Of a DNA stretch of 64,000 bases, positions 41,908-52,065 are shown one piece after another. Made by a program: the position numbers and the translations under genes. The notes beneath the pieces are model-generated. The model worked only from the letters and a program-made list of their open reading frames with translations. It did no database searches and was not told where the DNA came from. Source of the stretch: a virus. The DNA is taken from positions 22,018 through 86,017 of IMG/VR virus record IMGVR_UViG_3300042400_000613. One strand, given 5' to 3'. The stretch's first letter is position 1. Each line of letters starts with the position of its first letter.

Positions 41908-42714
41908 ATGCAAAATGTTGTTTATTGGATTGGTGTCAAGAACAAAGACCCTCACATGAATGATAAACATGGCGGATTTAGTTATCTTGACGTATCTAGA
42001 AAAACATGGGAATGGTGGTGCCAAAAAAATAATGTGGTTTTTGTACCTTACGAATTACCGGATTATAATCCAGAAAAACCCGGAACAAAAGTTACCTGGC
42101 AGAGATGGTTTGATATGAAAAGAGTTATATCCGACAAAGGGGTTACTCCTAATTGGATATGGGCAGTTGACGGGTCTACGATGATACGGTGGGATGCTCC
42201 CGCTCCTTGGAATCAACAAGAACTTAATCCGGAAATTGTTTATGGTCACAGATCTCTAGAAAATCTATATTGGATAAATGAAGGAATACAAGGGTATAAA
42301 GATTTATTCTCTGTAGTTTTTGATTTGAAGAAATATATATGCACCGGTAATGTTATCCTTAATGCTAAAAATTACGGCTTCCTATCTGACTTAGAAATAT
42401 TTTTTAAAGATAAGAACAAGGAAATTATGTTCTTAGAGAATGAAAAGATAAAAAGAGGAACAGACCAACCTGTTTTTAATTACTTCTTACAGGACAATAA
42501 CATTCCTTTTGATGTTCATACACTTAATCCTGCCTATATGCTTACGCATCTAAATAGATTTAATTGGATGAGTCATAATTGGCAGACAGGAAATAAAGAT
42601 CCTTTTTTTATTAAATATGGATGGTTATGGATGTTCAGCGGATTTCCAACTAGAGGAGATAGATATGAATTAATGGCAAAAACATGGGAGCTAGTAAAAA
42701 AATATTATGAGTAA
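41908..42714 (+). CDS. GT-A (GT8-like) glycosyltransferase
   Basis: W..WC, VDGSTMIRWD, GNVIL and TDQPVFNY; paralogue of the next gene. Confidence 0.7.
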   Translation: MQNVVYWIGVKNKDPHMNDKHGGFSYLDVSRKTWEWWCQKNNVVFVPYELPDYNPEKPGTKVTWQRWFDMKRVISDKGVTPNWIWAVDGSTMIRWDAPAPWNQQELNPEIVYGHRSLENLYWINEGIQGYKDLFSVVFDLKKYICTGNVILNAKNYGFLSDLEIFFKDKNKEIMFLENEKIKRGTDQPVFNYFLQDNNIPFDVHTLNPAYMLTHLNRFNWMSHNWQTGNKDPFFIKYGWLWMFSGFPTRGDRYELMAKTWELVKKYYE

Positions 42715-43447
42715 AGATATAGTTGTTCAAATAGCGATAGATAAATCTGAAAGATCCGCTAACCAGGGATATACGATAAGCTCAAAATCCTGGAAAAAGT
42801 GGTGTGACGCAAATAACGTAGAATTATTTTCTATATCTTCCGAAGTTGTTTCTGATTTAGGATTCCAGTGGAATAAAATATTTATCTTAAACATACTAGA
42901 CATCGAAGGAATTGATTACAATCGAGTTTTATATGTAGATTCTGATACTATAGTACATCCTAAAATGCCCTACATATTTGATTTGGTAGGAGACAAGTTC
43001 GGAGTAGTCAGAAATTTCGGATGTATGGATTGGGTATGCAGGAGTATTGAAAATTGTTCCGATGTTCTGTTTAATAAATCTGTATCAGTAAACCCGTTTC
43101 GTTACTTTAATTCCGGGGTTATGATATTCAATAAGTCTCATAAAAAATTCTTTGAGGCTGTAAAAGATTTTTACGCAGAGAATAAGGGTAAACTAGAAGA
43201 CTTTCAATCCCTTGGGGTGGGTAAAGATCAACCTATTTTAAATTATTTGACGGAAATACATAATATAGAAAAAGAATATCTTCCTTATGAGTATAACATG
43301 CAGGATATGAATAGATTTGAAGTTCTTACTCCGGATATGCTACACACTAATTTTGGCTGGATTTATCATTTTAATGGCGGAGTTAAACCGACTCCCGGTG
43401 AATGGATGCAAGAAACTTATAATTTTCTAAATAACAAGTATGACTAA
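42707..43447 (+). CDS. GT8-like glycosyltransferase
   Basis: LYVDSDT, YFNSGVMIFN, DQPILNY and IYHFNG. Confidence 0.85.
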   Translation: MSKDIVVQIAIDKSERSANQGYTISSKSWKKWCDANNVELFSISSEVVSDLGFQWNKIFILNILDIEGIDYNRVLYVDSDTIVHPKMPYIFDLVGDKFGVVRNFGCMDWVCRSIENCSDVLFNKSVSVNPFRYFNSGVMIFNKSHKKFFEAVKDFYAENKGKLEDFQSLGVGKDQPILNYLTEIHNIEKEYLPYEYNMQDMNRFEVLTPDMLHTNFGWIYHFNGGVKPTPGEWMQETYNFLNNKYD

Positions 43448-44477
43448 GTTAGATTACAAATATGTTATAGGCACCAATGTTATGTTTTACGAGATAGATA
43501 TGTTACCCTATCTGATTGATAGCATAATTGACTCTGTAAAAAATATAGAAAACCAGGAGAATATTTACATAGATTTACTATTAAATACTTCTGATTCCTT
43601 TGAAATATGCGAGAGTAAACAGAGATTGACTGAGATAACATGGAAATTCATGCAAATAATCAGTTCATTAAAAGAAAAAACAAACTGTAACATAGTTCAA
43701 ACTGATTTACCTCAAGATACAGGGGAGCCTTATACAATGGTGAATTATCGAAGAGACTTAAATTATAGATATGCCAACAAAGTAGATTGGGTTATTTGGG
43801 GAGAGACCGATTGCTTAGTGCCTCATTGTGCTTTTAATGTCCTAGATAAAATAAAAAAATCAGCTATTCCTCATAATGTCTTTAGATACATTGCTACTTT
43901 TGCAGACAGAAAAATGTGGGATTCTTCTTGGGAACCTTTAGAACATCCTGAATTTACAAATCTACAATACTACGAGAAATCAGACCCTAGATGTTTTACC
44001 GAAAAACATTCTATACGATATGTCATGACTAAAGAAGAAATGGATGAAATAAATAAAAGATATGAGACATCTGAAAATATAGACATATTATATCATCCTA
44101 AATTTGATGGAAGTCTTTTGTGCATAAGCTCTGAATTAATAAAAGCTGGAGTAAATATTCCATTGGGATTCTGGGGATTAAGTGGAGAGGATACTTCTTT
44201 TATGCACGAATGCATGAAAGTTATGGACAAACAATATGTGCAGTTTGTAATAAAAGATATACTTAAAGTACATAATAGGGAACACCCGGAAAAAAGAAAA
44301 TATGCGTTATCTGTATTCGGAAAAACAACTAGCACTCAGGAAAAGAAAGGAGATTGGTATAACATTGTAAGAGATTTGAATAAAGACAATCTAAATAAAT
44401 TATACGGAAATAGTAAACAGGATAGATTAAATACTTATCAAGATTTTTTAAATAAAATGAAAGAACATGGCATCTGA
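43440..44477 (+). CDS. Probable GT-A glycosyltransferase
   Basis: WGETDCL, KFDGS, GEDTSF and HNR, plus cluster context. Confidence 0.65.
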   Translation: MTKLDYKYVIGTNVMFYEIDMLPYLIDSIIDSVKNIENQENIYIDLLLNTSDSFEICESKQRLTEITWKFMQIISSLKEKTNCNIVQTDLPQDTGEPYTMVNYRRDLNYRYANKVDWVIWGETDCLVPHCAFNVLDKIKKSAIPHNVFRYIATFADRKMWDSSWEPLEHPEFTNLQYYEKSDPRCFTEKHSIRYVMTKEEMDEINKRYETSENIDILYHPKFDGSLLCISSELIKAGVNIPLGFWGLSGEDTSFMHECMKVMDKQYVQFVIKDILKVHNREHPEKRKYALSVFGKTTSTQEKKGDWYNIVRDLNKDNLNKLYGNSKQDRLNTYQDFLNKMKEHGI

Positions 44478-45384
44478 TGATATGAAAAAAACTTTAAAAG
44501 ATTTAGAGAACAGTCTTAAGAAAATAAAAATACACGAAAAGAATATAGGTAAGATTGTCAAGGATATTTCTAAATCGGAGAAGGCGTTTAAGAAATTAAA
44601 TTCAGTCAGTGATTTTAAAGCAGATAAAAAGTCTTATAAATATCCTATAGAAGTATTGAATTACAAAGAAGTTAAAGCCGGAGATGATAACATGTTTTTC
44701 GGAGGTAGCGATGACGATGAAAGAATTTCTTGGAAAAAGCAGAAAAAACTAGATAGCGATAAGTTTATGACGAAAAAAACTGAGCGGGAGTTTAGATTGC
44801 TTGCTTACATGAGCGGTGTTTCTCCGGATACAGATTTGTCAGATGTACAGAGAGTAGTTATAAAAAAGAAAAGTACAGGAGAGACTTATTTTTTATTTGA
44901 ATCAAAAAGATACCACATAGAAACAGAATACGATTTCAATACCAAAACACTTGTAAATAAATTTATAGGTACTATAAAAAATGAAGGAGAGGATGTATCC
45001 GGAGGGGGGTTAAATATATTAGCTAGGCAAATAGCTAATTTAAAAGCCTTTGGTAAAATAAAAAAGATAGAAGGAGAATTTCTTAGACGAGGAAATTCTA
45101 CAGGGTATTATGCTTATCTAAGATACGGATTTATCCCGGACAGAGTGGCTCAAAGCACTTATTCAGATTTAATAGACGAGTACAATAAATTACACCCTAC
45201 AGATAACGTCAAGAAAATAGAGGATTTCTTAAAGTCGGAAACCGGAAGAAATTTTTGGAAAGAGAAGGGCAATGATTGGGATGGTCATTTTGATTTGTCA
45301 GATAACTCTTATAGTATGAAAATACTAGAAGATTACGTTAAAAATAAGATTGACAAAGATTTGTTCAACTTAACATTTAAATAA
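44467..45384 (+). CDS. Hypothetical protein, possible GNAT-like C-terminal domain
   Basis: GGGLNILARQI and GYYAYLRYGF resemble GNAT motifs A/B. Confidence 0.45.
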   Translation: MASDDMKKTLKDLENSLKKIKIHEKNIGKIVKDISKSEKAFKKLNSVSDFKADKKSYKYPIEVLNYKEVKAGDDNMFFGGSDDDERISWKKQKKLDSDKFMTKKTEREFRLLAYMSGVSPDTDLSDVQRVVIKKKSTGETYFLFESKRYHIETEYDFNTKTLVNKFIGTIKNEGEDVSGGGLNILARQIANLKAFGKIKKIEGEFLRRGNSTGYYAYLRYGFIPDRVAQSTYSDLIDEYNKLHPTDNVKKIEDFLKSETGRNFWKEKGNDWDGHFDLSDNSYSMKILEDYVKNKIDKDLFNLTFK

Positions 45385-45386
45385 CC

Positions 45387-45641
45387 ATGGAAGAAAAATT
45401 ACAACTAGTACAAAGAACTTTAAGAGATCTTGTAAGGTTTAATACTGACAAAGAAGACTTGAATTTAAATGTAGCGTTTATACTAGCCTCAAATGATGAT
45501 GAATTAATAGACGAAATCAGAAAAATGTATTATCACAGAGATTTCAAATGGGTTAATGACATAGACAATCAAATAGCAGATATTCTATTTGATATATACG
45601 GTTTATTTTTTGACGAAACAACAGACGGCGAAAATATTTAA
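45387..45641 (+). CDS. Hypothetical acidic protein
   Basis: 84-aa ORF. Confidence 0.6.
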   Translation: MEEKLQLVQRTLRDLVRFNTDKEDLNLNVAFILASNDDELIDEIRKMYYHRDFKWVNDIDNQIADILFDIYGLFFDETTDGENI

Positions 45642-45653
45642 ATAGATTATATT

Positions 45654-46307
45654 ATGGGTTACATTTTACCGGCCTTTTATCAGGCAATCGCTCAAGAAAA
45701 ACTTAGGAGACCCTGCCCTAAAATATTTGTGGAGACAGGGACTTTCAAAGGAGGATCGGCTCTTACGGCACTTCGATACAACGGAAATTTAGATGACTTT
45801 GACAAATGGGTTACTGTAGAACTAGGCGACTCTATTTCCAAAATAGCATCTAACCGGTTCAAGAAAGTAGAAGAGAAAGGACAATTCTTCGACGCAATTT
45901 TAGCAGACGACACAGAGGATTCCGATTTCAACGATGTATGCTCCTATTTCTCGGAAAAACTATGGCTACATAAGAATGACAGCGTATCTTTCTTGCGTGA
46001 ATTCTTAAAGGACAGAGAAGAGCCTATGTGCTTTTGGCTAGACGCTCACGCAGGTGCCGAAAAATACGCTAGAGGAGAAGACGATGTTCCTCTCCTAAAA
46101 GAACTAGAGCTTATCTTTGAAACAGCCCAGGATAACGATTTGATTGCTATTGATGACGCTCATTTATTTGGGACTAATCAGGATGGAAAATGCGATTACA
46201 CAGGTATTACATTAGACACAATCAAAAATCTTTCAAATTCTTATGGATATTCTGTGTATGCTTCTAGTCCTTATAACATGGAAATGCTAATAATTTTTCA
46301 AGAATGA
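45654..46307 (+). CDS. Class I SAM-dependent methyltransferase-like protein
   Basis: FVETGTFKG, FWLDAH, PLLKEL and IDDA. Confidence 0.75.
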   Translation: MGYILPAFYQAIAQEKLRRPCPKIFVETGTFKGGSALTALRYNGNLDDFDKWVTVELGDSISKIASNRFKKVEEKGQFFDAILADDTEDSDFNDVCSYFSEKLWLHKNDSVSFLREFLKDREEPMCFWLDAHAGAEKYARGEDDVPLLKELELIFETAQDNDLIAIDDAHLFGTNQDGKCDYTGITLDTIKNLSNSYGYSVYASSPYNMEMLIIFQE

Positions 46308-47233
46308 GAATTTTAATTATACATCAGCCGTATCCCATGGGTAATTATAAGTTATCGGAAGCATTGGGAAAAAAATTACATGAGAAAGGACATGAAGTTA
46401 TTTTATTGCATCAGTTGAACATGTCTCAAATTGATGCTAAAAATGCAGAAGAATATAAAAATAGCATTGATGAGATAGATCCTGATGTCATTTATTATGA
46501 GATGTTAGATGCAGCTACATTCGACATAATTAAAAATGTAAAATGTAGAAATAGAATATTATGTGCAACATCTAATGGCATTTTAGGATATGAAGGCATT
46601 GTAAAAGGATGGGGAGTTTATTACGATAAGATAATCACCAATTCTAAAAAAATGTATGATGATTTATTTACTAATGTTTGCGCAGAGCATTTTGAATATT
46701 ACTTCCTAGCTATTGATGATTCTGAATTAGTTTACAATCCTCAATATGATAAAAAGAGTGTATTTCTAGGAATGGGATTCAATAGGCTTACAGATGATTC
46801 ATACAAGTTAGAAAGGGATATATTTTTCTCGGAGCAAAATGATGTAATATCTATTTATGGTAATGGCTGGAATAATCATAAGAATTGGGTAGAAATGTTG
46901 CCGCCAAATAATATAGGGTCATTATATAAATCTGCAAAAAGTGCTGTTGCTATTATAGGTAAAGGCCAAAGAGAATTAGGCATGATAAATAATAGATATT
47001 CCGAAATCGCTTTCTCAAAATGTCCTATTATTACTTATCCTTATGATATTGAGTTTTTTGGAGCAGCTAGCTATATGAACTTTGCATCATCTCCTTCCGA
47101 GTATCATAAAGTTGCTTCTGATATATATAGAAATCCGGATAAATATCATTATAAGTGTAACCTTTTCCGAGATTTTATTGTTAAACAAGATAACATATTT
47201 TACGAAAAACTAACAAGATTATTTTATGTATAA
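46304..47233 (+). CDS. GT-B glycosyltransferase (CgeB-like)
   Basis: KGHEV, IYGNGW, LYKSAK and NNRYSEIA. Confidence 0.7.
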   Translation: MRILIIHQPYPMGNYKLSEALGKKLHEKGHEVILLHQLNMSQIDAKNAEEYKNSIDEIDPDVIYYEMLDAATFDIIKNVKCRNRILCATSNGILGYEGIVKGWGVYYDKIITNSKKMYDDLFTNVCAEHFEYYFLAIDDSELVYNPQYDKKSVFLGMGFNRLTDDSYKLERDIFFSEQNDVISIYGNGWNNHKNWVEMLPPNNIGSLYKSAKSAVAIIGKGQRELGMINNRYSEIAFSKCPIITYPYDIEFFGAASYMNFASSPSEYHKVASDIYRNPDKYHYKCNLFRDFIVKQDNIFYEKLTRLFYV

Positions 47234-47813
47234 CTACGAAGAAATCCTACAAGGAATACCGGACAAAAAAGAGAACAAGAACACGACTTCTCATAAATTT
47301 AAAAAAGATTTACTAGAGTTCTTCTCTGATAAGCCAATTAAAACTTGTTTAGAAATAGGTGCTAATTGGGGATATACAACTAGAGTATTATCCTATATTG
47401 CTGAAAAGGTTTATGCTATAGACCATTCTGATGATAATATCAAAAAAGTAATTGAAAATAATAGAGGTAGAAAAAATATATCATGTATAGTTGGAAATGC
47501 TTACTCTAACATGACCTACATGACTATAACCGATGAGATAGATTTATGTTTTATTGATTGCGTACATGATTATTCAAATGTAAAAGAAGATATAGAAAGA
47601 TGTCTTAGAATGAAAAGAGAAGACAAAGATTTATATATTGCATTTGATGATTACGGGCATCCTACTACAAAAGGAGTAAAGAGAGCAGTGGATGAAACGA
47701 TTGATTTTAAAAGAATGGAAATTGTTAAGCATATTGGACACGAAGCTGGATATAATGTTTTTAATAGTGTTATTTTAGTGGACAGCGAGGGAGTAATTTG
47801 TAAAGTTCTATAA
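47226..47813 (+). CDS. SAM-dependent methyltransferase (Methyltransf_24-like)
   Basis: LEIGANWG, FIDCVHDY, FDDYG and GVKRAVDE. Confidence 0.85.
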   Translation: MYNYEEILQGIPDKKENKNTTSHKFKKDLLEFFSDKPIKTCLEIGANWGYTTRVLSYIAEKVYAIDHSDDNIKKVIENNRGRKNISCIVGNAYSNMTYMTITDEIDLCFIDCVHDYSNVKEDIERCLRMKREDKDLYIAFDDYGHPTTKGVKRAVDETIDFKRMEIVKHIGHEAGYNVFNSVILVDSEGVICKVL

Positions 47814-47816
47814 TAT

Positions 47817-48815
47817 ATGAAAATAGCTATAATATCGGAAATTGGTAACTTCAGTAAGTATCCTAGAGATTTCCAAAACGCTAGAACTGATGTTGCCTGG
47901 TCCATTGCTTTAGATGCATTGAATGTGCCATCTAGCACTAAACTAATAAAGGAGTATATTGGGAATACCTCATCCTTTAAGAAGTTAGATTTAGCTATTA
48001 TTATTCCAGGTAAGAAAAATCCATTTCTAGACATTGAATTCATTAAAGAACATTTTGCCAAGAAAGTCTGTATGATGCAGGAAGGACCTAATTGGTATTG
48101 GCAGGATTATGATGCTGAACTTCAAATTGATTTTTACAACGCTCTTAGAACCTGTGATTTTCTTCTTTGTCATAATTCATCTGATTACAAGTATTACAAT
48201 GGGATTACTAATTTAGAATGTTTAGTTATGCCATCTTTGATGATTGAAGATACAGTAAATCATGTGACATCTAAAAAATATGAAGCAGAGGGAATTGTAA
48301 CAGGAGGTAATTTTTGTTCTTGGTATGGCGGAATGGATTCTTTTCTAACAGCACTAAGCGGTAGGAAATCTTTTTCTAAAAGCGAATCTCAAATTCCTAT
48401 ATTTGTTCCTTCTATGGGCAGGAAAATAGATAATGAGGATTTAATTCCAGATATAAATCATTTACCATATATGACTTGGTCTTCTTTTATTGAAACACTA
48501 GGAGATAAGGCTAAGATTGGCATTCACTTGATGAGAACTCATGCTGCCGGAACATTTGCGTTGAATTGCTCATATCTAGGCATTCCCTGTATTGGATATC
48601 GAGGCCTAGATACTCAGGAATACCTTCACCCATATACTACCGTAGAACTAGGAGATGTTAAGGCGGCCGGGGATATGGTTAGAAAATTATCAGACCCTAC
48701 ATTCTATAACACATGCTCGGAGGAAACTTTATTCTTATATAAGGAAAATTACCACGAAGATGTATTTAAAAAACGTTTTATAAACAAACTTAATAATCTA
48801 GTAAATGAAAATTAG
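47817..48815 (+). CDS. GT-B glycosyltransferase
   Basis: AAGTFALNCSYLGIPCIG at the nucleotide-sugar binding position. Confidence 0.7.
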   Translation: MKIAIISEIGNFSKYPRDFQNARTDVAWSIALDALNVPSSTKLIKEYIGNTSSFKKLDLAIIIPGKKNPFLDIEFIKEHFAKKVCMMQEGPNWYWQDYDAELQIDFYNALRTCDFLLCHNSSDYKYYNGITNLECLVMPSLMIEDTVNHVTSKKYEAEGIVTGGNFCSWYGGMDSFLTALSGRKSFSKSESQIPIFVPSMGRKIDNEDLIPDINHLPYMTWSSFIETLGDKAKIGIHLMRTHAAGTFALNCSYLGIPCIGYRGLDTQEYLHPYTTVELGDVKAAGDMVRKLSDPTFYNTCSEETLFLYKENYHEDVFKKRFINKLNNLVNEN

Positions 48816-50166
48816 TTTTATTGTTCCCGGAAGAAATAACTTAAAGTATTTCAAATGGTCGTATGATTCCATTATGAAAAATAAAGGAAATCATGAAGTG
48901 GAAATCTGCTTTGCTGACGACGCCTCCACTGATGGTACATGGGAGTGGGTTTACAGCGAATCTCTAGTAAATCCAATGTTAAAAGTTATGCGGAATGAAG
49001 GAGATACAAGATTAGGTCACACTATATTATACGATGCTTTAATTAGAAGATCCTTACATGATATATGCATTATATGGCATTGCGACATGTATTTAGCTCC
49101 GGGAGCATTGGACGCTATTGAGAAAAACATGGTAGATAAGAAAACTGTTGTCTCACTTACTAGAGTAGAACCTCCATTACATCCTCCGGGACATGAGAAG
49201 ATAACGTCTGATTTAGGTACCGAGCCTGAAACATTCAAGGAGGATTTGTTTCTAAAATTAGCCGAAAGTTATGTAAAAAAGAAGAAATCAATAACTAACG
49301 GTGTCTTTGCTCCATGGGCTTTTTATAAAGAAGAATTTTTAAGCATTGGTGGACATGATTCTCTATTCTATGTTCAATCAAAAGAAGATTCTGACATTTG
49401 GAATAGATTAATGTTAAATGGCGCAACATTTGTACAAACATGGGAAGGATTTGTTTATCACATGACATGCAGAGGTTCAAGATTTAATCCAACTATCACA
49501 CAAGTTGGTAAAAATTCGGATGAATGGGAGAAGCAGAACATCATATCTACAAGAAATTTTATAAGGAAATGGGGAGGAATGCCACTTCAAAATGAATATC
49601 ATGCAATATCTCCTAATAAAAAATATAATATTGGAATCATTGTCGACATGTCTTCTGAAACAAATCAACCAACCGATGAAGAGTTTATAGATTTTATTGG
49701 ATTCTTAGAAATTTTTTCCGATTCTTTGCATATTGTAGGAGATAAAAAATACAGAGACTTAATTAAGTTTTATATAGATAAAGAACAGGCAAATACTTTA
49801 TATTACTTAGCTGATAGACTTTGGGGGTACAACTATAAATATACTCCTGTAAATCAAATAGTGTTAGATAATAGTATAGTTATTAGTATGGAATGGGATA
49901 AGATTAAAGTTAATGAGGTATTTGAGTTCCTACAAAAATTCCCATTTATTATTGCTAATTATGCCCCTGGAATGTATGGAAGCGATATTGGCACCATACA
50001 TATTAAAGATGACAAATCTATTTCAAAAACTTATGAGAAGGATTTAATAAAACTAGACAATCTCTACCAATTAAGAGAGTATAAAGAAATCTATCCGGAA
50101 TATTTTGATAGATATAGACCTGTTTTAGACTTTTTAGAAATGGAAAAACTAAATAATAACTTATAA
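48805..50166 (+). CDS. GT2 glycosyltransferase
   Basis: ISFIVP, DDASTDGT, HCDM, GGHD and EDSD. Confidence 0.9.
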   Translation: MKISFIVPGRNNLKYFKWSYDSIMKNKGNHEVEICFADDASTDGTWEWVYSESLVNPMLKVMRNEGDTRLGHTILYDALIRRSLHDICIIWHCDMYLAPGALDAIEKNMVDKKTVVSLTRVEPPLHPPGHEKITSDLGTEPETFKEDLFLKLAESYVKKKKSITNGVFAPWAFYKEEFLSIGGHDSLFYVQSKEDSDIWNRLMLNGATFVQTWEGFVYHMTCRGSRFNPTITQVGKNSDEWEKQNIISTRNFIRKWGGMPLQNEYHAISPNKKYNIGIIVDMSSETNQPTDEEFIDFIGFLEIFSDSLHIVGDKKYRDLIKFYIDKEQANTLYYLADRLWGYNYKYTPVNQIVLDNSIVISMEWDKIKVNEVFEFLQKFPFIIANYAPGMYGSDIGTIHIKDDKSISKTYEKDLIKLDNLYQLREYKEIYPEYFDRYRPVLDFLEMEKLNNNL

Positions 50167-50180
50167 AACAAAAACGTATT

Positions 50181-50690
50181 ATGGACGATCAAAAAAAAGT
50201 ACCTAAAAAATATCTTAAAGGGTTAAAAGATAAGGGAAAAATGGGATCCAAAGAAGCAATGAAAAGGGAAATAGAAAAATTTTCAGGGAAGGATAAGTAC
50301 AAGCAGGATTGGGACGCAGATTATACAGACAAGGGGGAGAGGATAAAAACAAAACAAGGAGCAGCTACTAGTGCGTTCAAAAAAAGATTCGGAGAAATCG
50401 TTCAACAAAAGGTAATAGAGTACATGGACGCTATTTCTTTAGATGAAGATGCTTCGGAAGAAGGACTAGAAAATAAAGCAGAGAAATCTGAAATACCTCT
50501 AGGAATTTTACGTCAAGTTTACAATAAAGGAAAAGCTGCCTGGAATACCGGACATAGACCTGGTGTATCTCAAGATCAATGGGCGATGGGTAGAGTGAAT
50601 AGCTTTATTACCGGTGTAGGTGGTTCTAGAGATGCTGATAGCAAGTTATGGAAGCAGGCTCAAGCAGCTAAGAAGAAAAAAAAGAAGTAA
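50181..50690 (+). CDS. Basic protein with a DUF5824-like domain
   Basis: ILRQVYNKGKAAWNTGHRPGVSQDQWAMGRVNSF. Confidence 0.6.
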   Translation: MDDQKKVPKKYLKGLKDKGKMGSKEAMKREIEKFSGKDKYKQDWDADYTDKGERIKTKQGAATSAFKKRFGEIVQQKVIEYMDAISLDEDASEEGLENKAEKSEIPLGILRQVYNKGKAAWNTGHRPGVSQDQWAMGRVNSFITGVGGSRDADSKLWKQAQAAKKKKKK

Positions 50691-50744
50691 TGTGTCATAT
50701 TTATAATTTATACTTGTTTTATAACTATTTATATAAAAAAGAAT

Positions 50745-51446
50745 ATGCTATATTTTGACAAAGAATATCTATCTCAATATTTGGACACAGGATTGTCATT
50801 AAAGGTTTTTGTTGACGGCAATATGCTATCTGTACCTTCAAAAAATGATTTGGGTAAAAATAAAGGGACCGGCTATCAGGCTTCTGGTAAGTCGGCTCCT
50901 TTTGATTATAAGGCTGTAACAAAAGTAAAAATAGGATCTAATACCTATACCTTAGACATGTTAAATAAATCTGACGCAGCGATACCTGACATTGGAAGTG
51001 TTGAAGGCGGAGACGAAGAGGAGGTTAACAACGAATCAGTGGTTTATCTCAAAGAGCAGATATATAAATTACTTGAAGGTAAGTACAGCCATATAAATTT
51101 CACCCCTCCGGATAGTGTAGCAAAAGCTGCAGAAAGAGGATTGGAGATGAGAAAAAAGTCAGGGGGTAAAGGAGGCCTAAATGCAAAGCAAGCTAAACAA
51201 GCGGGCGTAGGTTCCGGAGTTCAGAGAGCATCTAACTTAAAAAATAAGAGCAAGATGAGTCCTGAAACAGTTAAAAGAATGAGAAATTTTTTCAGTAGAC
51301 ATAACAAAAATTTAAAAGTGGATGCAGGTAAATCCCCTAGTCAAGATAGAGGTTATATCGCAGGGTTACTTTGGGGTGGATCCCCAGGAAGGTCGTGGGC
51401 TAATAAAATAATAAGACAAATGGACGCCGCAGACAAAAAAAAGTAA
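50745..51446 (+). CDS. Phage head-associated domain protein
   Basis: C-terminal PP..VA.AA.RGL, GVQRA, TVKRMRNFFSRH and LLWGG..GRSWA resemble a domain seen in phage head genes. TATTTAT lies upstream. Confidence 0.55.
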   Translation: MLYFDKEYLSQYLDTGLSLKVFVDGNMLSVPSKNDLGKNKGTGYQASGKSAPFDYKAVTKVKIGSNTYTLDMLNKSDAAIPDIGSVEGGDEEEVNNESVVYLKEQIYKLLEGKYSHINFTPPDSVAKAAERGLEMRKKSGGKGGLNAKQAKQAGVGSGVQRASNLKNKSKMSPETVKRMRNFFSRHNKNLKVDAGKSPSQDRGYIAGLLWGGSPGRSWANKIIRQMDAADKKK

Positions 51447-51449
51447 GCA

Positions 51450-52064
51450 ATGAAATTACCGGAAATAACTAATTTATTCTATGGAATAACGGCTATACTT
51501 AGTGCGCTAGGCGTTAGGCATATTTTTTCTTATTGGATAAACAAAAATAAGCAAAAATCCGTAGACTATAATACTTTATTAGGAAGACAGGATAAAATAA
51601 TAGAAGATTTAGAGGAAAAACTACATGAATTAGAATCTAAATCTAGTACATCTTCCGAGGATAACTTAAAACTAAAGCAAGAAATATTTGTTCTAAAAAA
51701 TGGAATATCTTTGTTGGAAAGTTCAGCACTAGATTTACCTTTACCTATGTGGCTAAAAAGTTCAGAAGGTAAATTATTAGCAACAAATACAGCTTACGTG
51801 GAAACTTTTGTTAAAAATTGTACTGAATCCGTGTCGAATCATCTAGGTCAAACAGATAAATGTATCTTAGGCCAAGAAGCTCACGACACCATATCTATGA
51901 AAGAAAAAGAAATATTGGCTAATGGATCTGTTATAATATATAAAGAATCGGTAAAACTTGCAGGTATTATCACAGACTTCATCTTTATTTTATTCCCAAG
52001 AAAGCTAGGTAAAGTTACTCTAGGAATAACCGGCATAGCAATTAACGAATCATCAATAAAATAA
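51450..52064 (+). CDS. Membrane-anchored coiled-coil + PAS-domain protein (holin-like)
   Basis: N-terminal TM segment, a coiled coil, then LPLPMWLKSSEGKLLATNTAY, GQTD and GITGIA (PAS_4 pattern). Confidence 0.65.
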   Translation: MKLPEITNLFYGITAILSALGVRHIFSYWINKNKQKSVDYNTLLGRQDKIIEDLEEKLHELESKSSTSSEDNLKLKQEIFVLKNGISLLESSALDLPLPMWLKSSEGKLLATNTAYVETFVKNCTESVSNHLGQTDKCILGQEAHDTISMKEKEILANGSVIIYKESVKLAGIITDFIFILFPRKLGKVTLGITGIAINESSIK

Positions 52065-52065
52065 G

